A DNA stretch of 53,674 bases from an uncultured Candidatus Saccharibacteria bacterium (GTDB taxonomy: Bacteria; Patescibacteriota; Minisyncoccia; UBA6257; GWB1-50-10), in the NCBI GenBank assembly GCA_964372445.1, contig CAYJQO010000001.1, positions 1 to 53,674 on the forward strand. Reading direction: 5' to 3'. The translations under genes and the position numbers were made by a program. Every line of letters starts with the position of its first letter. Position 1 is the stretch's first letter. Shown here piece by piece: positions 1 to 7,958 of the stretch. The notes beneath the pieces were generated by a model. The model was not told the origin of the DNA, did not search any database, and saw only the letters and a list, made by a program, of their open reading frames with translations.

Positions 1-89
1 CCTGCCGACCCCGCCGTGGCGGGGGAGGAAAACTCGTATCATCCTATCTGGCTCCCCGGGTAGGATTCGAACCTACAACCCACTCCTTA

Positions 90-695
90 CACGTAATCCA
101 GCGTTTCTGCTGGCGTGGACTATATCATCATCCGCTAGATGCGGAGCGAGGCGCTTCCCCCTTTGAATAATCGGGGTACTCCCTTTCGGGATAGTCTCTA
201 CACCTGCCTACGCCAAGGCTACGGCAGGCAGGCCTTCTCTACTCGAGAATAAGCTTGCTTGCAATCCGAAGCTTTAGCGAAGGATTGGCTCGGGATTGCC
301 CTTTGCGGGTTTCCCCGAATTCACCTCGTGTTTCATCCGAAATTGCTTTCGGAAGCTGCGTAATGCCGGCCTCGATCTCACGATGGCAGTTGGCACAGAC
401 AAGAACGCATTTATCCAGCTCGGCTTTCACCTTTTCCCAGGAGCGCGTGTATCCGTGCTGGCCGATGCTGAACTCCTTGTCGTCGCGATTGCGATGATGG
501 AGATCGAGCGCGCCCTGGTACTTGCGATAGCTGCAGACCTGGCACTTTCCGCCTTTGTAGGCGATTGCCAAGGTCTTGATCTTGCGCCTTCGTTTCGCTA
601 CTGCCCTTATGAGCTCTTCTCGCCGGTCGGCATAGGTCCTCTGCTCCACCATTCTGTCAGTATATCAGGGTGCAAGGCAGAGAAGAGGCGTGTCC
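90..695 (-). mobile_element. Group I intron (subgroup IA-like architecture) carrying an HNH endonuclease ORF
   Basis: The 5' exon ends in U (696) and the intron ends in G (90). Pairings read by eye, in plus-strand coordinates: P3 322-328 with P3' 147-153 (CGAGGUG/CGCCUCG); P4 314-319 with P4' 289-294 (UUCGGG/CCCGAG); P5 hairpin 299-309; P6 282-287 with 262-267; long hairpin 203-236; P7 191-196 with P7' 118-123 (GACUAU/AUAGUC). The R-like element is UAGAGACUAU and the S-like element is GAUGAUAUAGUCC. Two extra hairpins lie between P7 and P3': 180-191 (GAAA loop) and 157-176. P8 is 131-145 and P9 is 98-113. A further hairpin UCCGAAA-GCAA-UUUCGGA lies at 336-353. I could not assign P1/IGS with confidence. 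Confidence 0.8.
239..652 (-). CDS. HNH homing-endonuclease-like protein (intron-encoded)
   Basis: 137-aa ORF with an ATG at 652. It has the Cys-pair plus HNH signature: CQVC...DLHHRNRDD...NCHREIE. It lies entirely inside the group I intron. Confidence 0.85.
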   Translation of the reverse strand: MVEQRTYADRREELIRAVAKRRRKIKTLAIAYKGGKCQVCSYRKYQGALDLHHRNRDDKEFSIGQHGYTRSWEKVKAELDKCVLVCANCHREIEAGITQLPKAISDETRGEFGETRKGQSRANPSLKLRIASKLILE

Positions 696-847
696 ACAGG
701 GAGTCGCTCTACCATTGAGCTACCGGGGAATCTAGAGATGGTAATGAACGTTCTATCTCTGAAACGTTTCGCCTGCCGTTCCCTTTCCAGGGCTGCGTAG
801 CAGAAAACTACCGGGGAACGGGAGCGCGTGTGTAGTATAGAATTGAA

Positions 848-874
848 ACGGCTCGCTGTAAAGCGGCGAGCCGT
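848..874 (-). terminator. Hairpin immediately after the stop of ORF 874..1284
   Basis: 9-bp stem ACGGCTCGC/GCGAGCCGT (848-856 / 866-874), followed on the minus strand by TTTCAATTC. The T-tract is weak. Confidence 0.4.
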
Positions 875-1284
875 TACCTCTTACCGATGATGGAGAGCAG
901 CTGTGCCGTAATACTCTCCTCAACCGCGGTCCTCGTGAGCGAAAGGTCAACTGAAACCACCTGGCTCCTCTGCTGCCGCTGGCGGCGCGCCACAGACGCA
1001 TTCGGCCCAGCCACGTCAATCTTGAAGGTCCGCAGCGCACCTTCGCCCCGCACCACCACATAGAAATCGATACCGTTGGCAACATCCGCGAAGCTTAACT
1101 TCCCCGTCTTTAAATAATCGTGGATCGTGCCCGCCCGTTTCATGCTATCAAGGATTTTGCCTACGAGCTCTTCCCGAGCTGTGCCGACCACCTGGGTGAT
1201 TACCGGTTCCCCATTAATTTTTGTCCGAATATTTTTGACCACCTCGGGCAAACTGAACCGTTCCCGCTGCTTCACGCACATCAC
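874..1284 (-). CDS. Hypothetical protein
   Basis: 136-aa ORF with a strong AGGAGG Shine-Dalgarno at 1284-1289. The true start is probably the ATG at 1281 or the GTG at 1275. I recognised no family. Confidence 0.6.
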   Translation of the reverse strand: MMCVKQRERFSLPEVVKNIRTKINGEPVITQVVGTAREELVGKILDSMKRAGTIHDYLKTGKLSFADVANGIDFYVVVRGEGALRTFKIDVAGPNASVARRQRQQRSQVVSVDLSLTRTAVEESITAQLLSIIGKR

Positions 1285-1514
1285 CTCCTTTCACTACCGT
1301 TCCAACTCCATGTGTAAGAACTGAAGAAAGTATAGCTGCTGTGGCTGGCTGCGGCAAGACCGCCATTGAAACCTCGAAGGCGGTTCGCTAGTATTAGCCC
1401 GTACCTTGATCGAACTACCCTCCTGACTATCGAAGCGTTTCCCGTGATGGAAGGCACGGAGCGAAGCGATGGTCGGAAACCCAAGGTGTCCGAGACAGGG
1501 GTCGGGGTTTTAAT

Positions 1515-1590
1515 CCCCCCATAGCTCAGTTGGTAGAGCAGCTGCCTTTTAAGCAGTGGGTCCCAGGTTCGAATCCTGGTGGGGGGACCA
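1515..1590 (+). tRNA. tRNA-Lys(UUU)
   Basis: CCCCCCA TA GCTC AGTTGGTA GAGC A GCTGC CTTTTAA GCAGT GGGTC CCAGG TTCGAAT CCTGG TGGGGGG A CCA. Full cloverleaf, anticodon TTT, encoded CCA. Confidence 0.93.
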
Positions 1591-1594
1591 CAAC

Positions 1595-2194
1595 GTGGAA
1601 CAGTCAATCCGCACCATCGTGAAGGTTGCTATAGCAGTGAGCGTTGCGGTCGGCTTTTTCTATGTGGCACGCTCGGCAACGCTGCAGGCGGTCGTCTACG
1701 CGCTGGTGATCCCGCTGGCACTCGCCTTCCCCGCCTGGTTCTACCGGCGCCACCGGAGCCACACCTTCACGCACACCTTCCGCGCCGAGCTCGAGCTCCT
1801 CATCCTGATCGGCATTGGCCTCTCCGTCCTCGGCGAGAACTACCTCTACCGCAACCTCCTCAACTTTGACAGCTTCGTCCACCTCGTGAACGGGGGGCTC
1901 CTCACGCTCCTCGTGGTTTCCCTTAGCCACCATCGGTGGCTCGACGGTCGGCTCTCCGCGATGCGGACCGTGCTCCTCGCGGGGCTCCTCCCCGCGGTCT
2001 TGAATGAGATCTACGAGCTCACGTCGGATGCCCTCCTCGGCACCCACCTGTGGGGGGATGCCTTCAAGCCGCTGTGGCTCGACACGGCGAGCGATGTCGT
2101 CATCCAAACGCTCGGAGCGGTGCTCGCCATCATGATCTTACGGCAGTACCTCCACCGCTGGATTGAGCGGTGGAGCAAACGCGTGGCCTGGTAG
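1595..2194 (+). CDS. Integral membrane protein, unknown function
   Basis: Several hydrophobic segments. The track ORF begins inside tRNA-Lys, so I placed the start at the first in-frame GTG after the tRNA (1595). Confidence 0.6.
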   Translation: MEQSIRTIVKVAIAVSVAVGFFYVARSATLQAVVYALVIPLALAFPAWFYRRHRSHTFTHTFRAELELLILIGIGLSVLGENYLYRNLLNFDSFVHLVNGGLLTLLVVSLSHHRWLDGRLSAMRTVLLAGLLPAVLNEIYELTSDALLGTHLWGDAFKPLWLDTASDVVIQTLGAVLAIMILRQYLHRWIERWSKRVAW

Positions 2195-2211
2195 GGACGG
2201 GGGTGATGGCC

Positions 2212-4911
2212 TCAGGAACAGCCACCCGAGGAATCACCACAGCGGACACAGGTGAGGCACGAACCGGTACGAACCATCATCCCGCCGCAGCTGCGGCATA
2301 CCGTTTCACCAGAACTGGTGGTCCGCGCTGCTGAACCTGGTCCTGGAGCTTCGATGGCCTGATGCGCTCCCTCTGCGTGCGAGAGGCCAAGGTCCGCCAG
2401 CTCGGCGGGGGTCATGAACCGGTACGCAAGGTAGCGGAAGATGTAGTCCACGATGGAGGTGGCGATGCGCACCTGCTCATTCTCGGTGAACCCAGCCGGT
2501 TCGAAGCGCGTGTAGATAAATTTCCGGGAGAATGCCCGGAGCGGCACCCCGTACTGGAGCGCCATGGACACCGAGATCGCAAACGCATCGAGGAGGCCGG
2601 CGAGGGTGCTCCCCTGCTTCGCGATGCGGATGAAGATCTCAGCCAGCGACCCGTCATCGTAGACCGAGTAGGTGAGGTAGCCATCGTGGCCGGCGATCGA
2701 GAACTTGTGCGTCTCCGACGGCCTTGTCGATGGCAGGCGTCGCCGCACCACAACCGGCCCGCCGGACCCGGCGGCTGCCGCGGCACCCGTTGCGCCCGCC
2801 GTTTGGAGCGGCTGGGTCGCCTTGGAGCCGTCGCGGTACACGGCGAAGGCTTTGATGCTCAGCTTCCATGCCATCACGTACGCCTCGGCAATTTCCTCCT
2901 TCGTCGTCTCGCTGACCATGTTGAACGTTTTTGAAATCGCCCCAGAGATGAACGGTTGCACCGCGGCGACCATCCGGACGTGCCCCTGCCAGGAAATGGT
3001 TCGGTTCCCCTCCGCAGGCCGTACCGCACAATCGAAGATGGGCAGGTGCTCCTCCTTGAGGTGGGGCGCCCCCTCTACCGTGCCGTGTGCCGCTACCCAA
3101 TCCGCGATCTCGCGCACCTCACCTTCCGCGTACCCGATGCGGCTGAGGGCTTTCGCCACGCCGCCGTTCACCATCTTCATCCACCCGCCACCGACGAGCT
3201 GCTTCATTTTAACCAATGAGAAATCGGGTTCCACGCCGGTCGTGTCACAGTCCATCATGAGCGCGATGGTCCCCGTGGGTGCGATGACCGTAACCTGCGA
3301 ATTTCGGTAGCCGTAGGCCTCGCCGAGCTCGCGTGCCTCTTCCCACACGCGCACCGCCTCGGCGGCGACCGCCCGGTCCTCGATGTGATCCCCGTTAATG
3401 GCACGCGCCGCGGCACCATGCTTGGCGATCACCCGGAGCATCGGAATTCGGTTCACCGCATACCCCGCGAAGGGACCCTTCCGCCTCGCGATGAGCGCTG
3501 AGTATCGGTACGCTTCGCCGGAGAGAATTGAGGAAATCGCACCGGCCCACGCCCGCCCCTTCTCGGAATCGTACGGCAAACCCTTTGCCATGAGGAACGC
3601 TCCCAGGTTAGCGTAACCTAAGCCTAGCTCGCGGAAATTATGGGCATTTTCAGTGATCTGTTCCGTCGGGTAGCTCGAGGCATCCACGAGGATCTCCTGT
3701 GAGAGGATGAGCACGTCCACGGCGTGCTTGAACTCACGGAGCATGAACGTCCCATCCTCTCGGAGGAACTTCATGAGGTTGATGGAGGCAAGGTTGCAAG
3801 CTGAGTTATCCAGGTGCATGTACTCCGCACAGGGGTTTGACGCGTTGATCCGTCCGGAGTTTGGACACGTGTGCCAGTCGTTGATGGTGGTATCAAACTG
3901 CACGCCTGGATCGCCACACGCCCAGGCAGACTGCGCAATCTCGCCAAGGAGGTCGCGCGCCTGGTACCGATCGGCTGTCTCGCCGGTCGTCACGAGCTTC
4001 GTTTCCCACGTGCCGTCGGCTTCAACCGCCCGCATGAAGTCATCGGTGATGCGCACCGAGTTGTTCGCATTCTGGAACTGGATGGATGCCCACGCCTCGT
4101 TGTTGAGGTCAGACATATCATAGCCCGCGGCGGCGAACGCCCGCACCTTCTTCTCCTCCTCAGACTTACACCGAATGAAGTCAACCACGTCAGGATGCTC
4201 AATGCCGAGGACCACCATCTTTGCGGCACGCCGCGTCGTACCACCGGACTTGATCATCCCGGCCACTGAATCGGCGCCGCGCATGAAAGACACCGGACCG
4301 GATGCGTAGCCGCCGCGCGAGAGCTGCTCACGCTTCGAGCGGAGCGAGGAGAGGCTCACACCGGATCCTGAACCGTATTTGAAAATCATGCCCTCGTTCC
4401 GAATCCACTCAAGGATGGATGGCATGTTATCTTCGACGGAGAGAATGAAACACGCGGAGCACTGCGGCCGTTGGTGCACGCCGACGTTGAACCAGACCGG
4501 GCTGTTGAACGCACCCTGCTGGTACACGAGGAGATGGGTGAGCTCGTCTTCAAACACCCGTGCCTGCGCGGCGCTCGAGAAGTACCCGAGCCGTTCTCCG
4601 AAACCGCGGATCGTGTGCGCCACCCGCGTCACCATCTGCCGCACGCTCCGCTCGCGCTCTGGGGTACCGAGCTTGCCGCGAAAGTACTTCGATGCGGTAA
4701 TGGACACCGCGTTCGGCGACCAGAAGCTGGGGAATTCGACGTCTTGCTGCTCAAACACCTTCTGGTCACCGCTTCCGACCACCGCATCCTGCCGTACCCA
4801 CGTGATTTCGTCGAACGGGTGTCGCCCCGCTACGGTGAAAATTCGTGGCAACGAGAACGTCAACCGTTTCACGCGCGCCGGCTTCTTTATTTCTAGTGCG
4901 GGAGCTGGCAT
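2212..4911 (-). CDS. nrdJ: Adenosylcobalamin-dependent (class II) ribonucleotide reductase
   Basis: 899 aa with class II RNR core motifs (NPCAEY, SACNLASINL, GLGYANL) and a Cys-rich C-terminal tail (CRSCGG...CLTCVRCG). Confidence 0.95.
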   Translation of the reverse strand: MPAPALEIKKPARVKRLTFSLPRIFTVAGRHPFDEITWVRQDAVVGSGDQKVFEQQDVEFPSFWSPNAVSITASKYFRGKLGTPERERSVRQMVTRVAHTIRGFGERLGYFSSAAQARVFEDELTHLLVYQQGAFNSPVWFNVGVHQRPQCSACFILSVEDNMPSILEWIRNEGMIFKYGSGSGVSLSSLRSKREQLSRGGYASGPVSFMRGADSVAGMIKSGGTTRRAAKMVVLGIEHPDVVDFIRCKSEEEKKVRAFAAAGYDMSDLNNEAWASIQFQNANNSVRITDDFMRAVEADGTWETKLVTTGETADRYQARDLLGEIAQSAWACGDPGVQFDTTINDWHTCPNSGRINASNPCAEYMHLDNSACNLASINLMKFLREDGTFMLREFKHAVDVLILSQEILVDASSYPTEQITENAHNFRELGLGYANLGAFLMAKGLPYDSEKGRAWAGAISSILSGEAYRYSALIARRKGPFAGYAVNRIPMLRVIAKHGAAARAINGDHIEDRAVAAEAVRVWEEARELGEAYGYRNSQVTVIAPTGTIALMMDCDTTGVEPDFSLVKMKQLVGGGWMKMVNGGVAKALSRIGYAEGEVREIADWVAAHGTVEGAPHLKEEHLPIFDCAVRPAEGNRTISWQGHVRMVAAVQPFISGAISKTFNMVSETTKEEIAEAYVMAWKLSIKAFAVYRDGSKATQPLQTAGATGAAAAAGSGGPVVVRRRLPSTRPSETHKFSIAGHDGYLTYSVYDDGSLAEIFIRIAKQGSTLAGLLDAFAISVSMALQYGVPLRAFSRKFIYTRFEPAGFTENEQVRIATSIVDYIFRYLAYRFMTPAELADLGLSHAEGAHQAIEAPGPGSAARTTSSGETVCRSCGGMMVRTGSCLTCVRCGDSSGGCS

Positions 4912-5010
4912 GAAAAAAGATTTCTAAACCCGGATCACTATAGCAAGGGAGGGTTGGGTAACAACTGTGGATAAGTGATCTCTCTTGCGGTGCGCGCCCT
5001 TGCCAGGATC

Positions 5011-5032
5011 AAAAAACCCCGCCTCGCGGGGG
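5011..5032 (-). terminator. Intrinsic terminator downstream of ftsZ
   Basis: The minus strand reads CCCCCGCGAGGCGGGG followed by TTTTTT (plus strand aaaaaa at 5011-5016). Confidence 0.75.
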
Positions 5033-5051
5033 TTGCCGGTACCAGCCACGG

Positions 5052-6281
5052 TCACTTTTTCTTTTTCCGAAGGAAAGCGGGGATTTCCCACACTTCCTGA
5101 GCCTCTGATTTTACCGGAACGCCCTTCGGAGGTTTCTCTACTTCACCCTCGCGGTTTGACACCACCCTCTCTTTCTCGCCTGGCTTGCCCGGCGCGTACG
5201 GCGGCACCTCACGTCGGCTATGGTCGGCACCCATGAAGAGCGACGGAGCGCTGGGCGAACCCAGGCGATCCCGAAACATACCGTTGAAACCCGTGGCGAT
5301 CACCGTTACCTTCAGGCTCTTATCCTTCAGGTTGCGGTCATAGTATGCACCGAAGATAATCCGCGCGTTCGGGTCGAGGTTCGTCGAAACCGCCTTCGCA
5401 ATGTCATGCACCTCAGCCATTTTGAGGTCTCGTCCGCCAGCGATGCTGAAGAGCACCCCCTTCGCGCCGTCGATGGTGGCCTCGAGCAGCGGCGAGTTAA
5501 TGGCGGCATCGACCGCCTTCACGGCACGCTCCGGACCGGTTGCCTCACCGATGCCAATCAGGGTTGCCCCGGAGTCTTTGAGGATAGCCTTGATGTCCGC
5601 AAAGTCCACATTGATGATGCCTGGGATGTTCACCAGTTCGGTGACCGCTACGACCGCGTTCTTCAACACATCGTCGATGTATCCGAACGCGCGCATGATC
5701 GGCGTATCCTTGCTAACCAAGCTGAAGATGCGATCGTTCGGGATCACCACCAGAGCATCCACTTTGTCCTTGAGCCGCATGAGCCCCTCCTGGGCAATCG
5801 TCATCCGCTGCGCTCCCTCGAAGGCGAACGGCTTCGTCACAATCCCAATGGTGAGGATGCCACGTTCTCTGGCAATCTCTGCCACAACCGGCCCGCCGCC
5901 GCTCCCGGTACCCCCTCCCAACCCAATGGTGAGGAAAAGGATGTCGGCGCCCTCAATGGCCTCGCCGATCTCTGATCGGTTCTCCTCTGCCGCCTGCTTG
6001 CCAACCTCGGGGTTCATACCGGCACCCAGGCCCTTCGTCAGCGCTTTCCCGATGTAGAGCTTGCGGTGCGCTGAAACGTAGTCGAGGTCTTGCGCATCCG
6101 TGTTCACGGCGATGAACTCGACGCCGCGCAGGCGATCACCGCCATTCATCATCCGGCCCACGATGTTCCCACCACCGCCGCCAACGCCGAGCACCTTCAC
6201 CGAGGCGAGCCCATGCCGCCCCCGGTGCGGCTTGGGAACCATCGCCTTCACGTTCCTCTGTTTGGTACGTCTCTTCTTCAT
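5052..6281 (-). CDS. ftsZ: Cell division protein FtsZ
   Basis: Tubulin signature GGGTGSG and C-terminal peptide IPAFLRKKKK. Start placed at ATG 6281, just after the ftsA stop; the longer track ORF overlaps ftsA. Confidence 0.95.
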   Translation of the reverse strand: MKKRRTKQRNVKAMVPKPHRGRHGLASVKVLGVGGGGGNIVGRMMNGGDRLRGVEFIAVNTDAQDLDYVSAHRKLYIGKALTKGLGAGMNPEVGKQAAEENRSEIGEAIEGADILFLTIGLGGGTGSGGGPVVAEIARERGILTIGIVTKPFAFEGAQRMTIAQEGLMRLKDKVDALVVIPNDRIFSLVSKDTPIMRAFGYIDDVLKNAVVAVTELVNIPGIINVDFADIKAILKDSGATLIGIGEATGPERAVKAVDAAINSPLLEATIDGAKGVLFSIAGGRDLKMAEVHDIAKAVSTNLDPNARIIFGAYYDRNLKDKSLKVTVIATGFNGMFRDRLGSPSAPSLFMGADHSRREVPPYAPGKPGEKERVVSNREGEVEKPPKGVPVKSEAQEVWEIPAFLRKKKK

Positions 6282-6291
6282 GGCGAGTTCC

Positions 6292-7509
6292 CTAGGGCAT
6301 GAGGTTGCGGAAAAAGTTTTTGATCGTCTCCACACCACCTGCCGGGTGCTCCTCCTCTACCGCACCCCACCGGGCAAGGCCAACCGCGGTCGCAAACTCT
6401 GGGTCATCGATGAGCTCTGCATGCGCGGTGTTCGTCACTTCCATATCGGTGAGGCTGGGGTAGCCAATTTGCACCGGTAGCTTCAGTTCCTGGCGGAGCA
6501 GCTCGTCCATGCCGGGGAGCTTAATACCGCCACCGGTGATCACCACCCCCGCGGGGAGCTGCACCGAACGCCCCAGCACCTTCAGCTCATTATTGATGAG
6601 GTCGAGTATTTCCGCAAGGCGGATTTCGATGATTTCAGCAAGGAAACGGCGGGACACCTCGTTCTGGTTCGCCGGCTCGACGGCGGAGAGCTTCACCATC
6701 TCCCTCCGTGCGATATGCTTCGCCACCGCATGGCCGTAGTTCACCTTCAGCTTCTCCGCAGCCTCGATTGACACCTTGAACCCGATGGCAATATCGTTCG
6801 TCACGAAGCCGGAACCAATCGGCAAGCTCTTCGTGTGCAACACCTTGCCTTCCTCGAAGACGGCGAGCGAGGTGGTGCCGAAACCGAAGTCGACGAGGAG
6901 CACGCCCAAATCTTTCTGCCGTTTTGAGAGCACCGCACGCGCGGCCGCGAGCGGGTTGAAAATGAGACCGGCTGCCCGGATGCCGACCCGCTCCAGATTC
7001 TTGATGAGGAGGTTCACCTGAGGCGCGAACGCCTCGACGATCAGCGTAGAGGCCTCGAGACGGCTCCCGGTCATGCCAAGCGGATCGGCGATATCTCCCA
7101 CATCGTCGACGAAGTACTCACGGATGATGTTGTGGAGCACCAGGTAGTTCGGCAGCTGCTTCACCGCGCGTGAGGCTTCCACGACACGGTCAATGTCGTC
7201 CTGGTGAATTTCCTGATCCGCACGAGCCACCGCAACGATGCCACGCGAAGCACGCGCCTTCACGTGCTCGCTGTTCATGTTCACGAACGCATGACGCGTC
7301 GCCTTTTTGGAAACGTGGTTGAGATCAAGCACGAGATCTCGTAGCACGTGCGTTACCTCCTCAAGGTCTACGATCACCCCTTTCCGCACCCCCTTCGATT
7401 CATGCTTGAACGCGGTAACCAGCGAGAGGGTTCCGTCCTTCTTCGGGGTTACCACCAACCCTTTAATGCTCGATGAACCGATGTCGATACCCGTAATGAG
7501 GCTGGCCAT
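6292..7509 (-). CDS. ftsA: Cell division protein FtsA
   Basis: Actin-like ATPase. N-terminus ITGIDIGSSSIKGLV. Lies directly upstream of ftsZ. Confidence 0.93.
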   Translation of the reverse strand: MASLITGIDIGSSSIKGLVVTPKKDGTLSLVTAFKHESKGVRKGVIVDLEEVTHVLRDLVLDLNHVSKKATRHAFVNMNSEHVKARASRGIVAVARADQEIHQDDIDRVVEASRAVKQLPNYLVLHNIIREYFVDDVGDIADPLGMTGSRLEASTLIVEAFAPQVNLLIKNLERVGIRAAGLIFNPLAAARAVLSKRQKDLGVLLVDFGFGTTSLAVFEEGKVLHTKSLPIGSGFVTNDIAIGFKVSIEAAEKLKVNYGHAVAKHIARREMVKLSAVEPANQNEVSRRFLAEIIEIRLAEILDLINNELKVLGRSVQLPAGVVITGGGIKLPGMDELLRQELKLPVQIGYPSLTDMEVTNTAHAELIDDPEFATAVGLARWGAVEEEHPAGGVETIKNFFRNLMP

Positions 7510-7511
7510 GG

Positions 7512-7958
7512 CTACCGTAGGACCCGAACCGTCCTGAGCGCCTGGCGCTCGAGGCGTTCCATGGCCATTCTATCACGCCGCCCATGGTGCGTATACCCGA
7601 GGAGGTGGAGCGTGCCGTGCACCGCAAGGTAGCGGAGGTCTTCACCCCGCCGCTGGGCGTACCGGCAGGCAAGGTATACCTCCCCGAGGCATCGACACCT
7701 ACCGCGGAGATCAGGTCGCGGGAAGTGCGGCGGTTCCGCGAAGCTCAGCACACTAGCCATCCGGTCTCTGCCACGGAAACGTCGGTTCAGCAATCGCATC
7801 TGGGCATCCGCTATGAAAAAAACCGCCACGCGGGAGGTGTTATGCCGAGCGGCCCGGAGTGTCGCGCGAACCGCTCGGGCAACGCTACGGGCAAGTGGCC
7901 TCCCCGGCCCGGCGGCGCCCAGAGAGGTCACCGTTACGTGTGGGCACTGGCGCTTCAT
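7512..7958 (-). CDS. ybeY: rRNA maturation RNase YbeY
   Basis: HGTLHLLGYTH metal-binding motif. ATGA overlap with the upstream gene. Confidence 0.85.
   Translation of the reverse strand: MKRQCPHVTVTSLGAAGPGRPLARSVARAVRATLRAARHNTSRVAVFFIADAQMRLLNRRFRGRDRMASVLSFAEPPHFPRPDLRGRCRCLGEVYLACRYAQRRGEDLRYLAVHGTLHLLGYTHHGRRDRMAMERLERQALRTVRVLR

Larger units (their letters stand above)
49..729 (-). tRNA. tRNA-Asn(GUU), interrupted in the anticodon loop by a 606-nt intron (exon 1 = 729..696, exon 2 = 89..49, minus strand)
   Basis: Exon 1 reads TCCCCGG TA GCTC AATGGTA GAGC G ACTCC CTGT. Exon 2 reads TAA GGAGT GGGTT GTAGG TTCGAAT CCTAC CCGGGGA G CCA. Joined, they give a 75-nt cloverleaf: 7-bp acceptor TCCCCGG/CCGGGGA, D stem GCTC/GAGC, anticodon stem ACTCC/GGAGT, loop CTGTTAA (anticodon GTT), T arm GTAGG/CCTAC, and an encoded CCA. 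U1-A72, discriminator G73 and the T arm resemble E. coli and B. subtilis tRNA-Asn as I recall them. Confidence 0.85.

Noticed and set aside
49-89. An isolated tRNA 3' half, read as an integrase att-site remnant or as the tRNA-like end of a tmRNA
   Set aside because: The perfectly complementary 5' half was found at 696-729, and the intervening sequence has a group I intron core. The acceptor sequence (UCCCCGG/CCGGGGA, G73) is also incompatible with tmRNA (GGGG..., G3-U70).
1281-1607. 108-aa minus-strand ORF
   Set aside because: It overlaps tRNA-Lys and the promoter region, has no motifs, and has a composition typical of a GC-rich shadow frame.
2362-4927. Several 80-200-aa ORFs on both strands inside nrdJ
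   Set aside because: Antisense or off-frame shadow ORFs of a well-supported 899-aa gene in GC-rich DNA.
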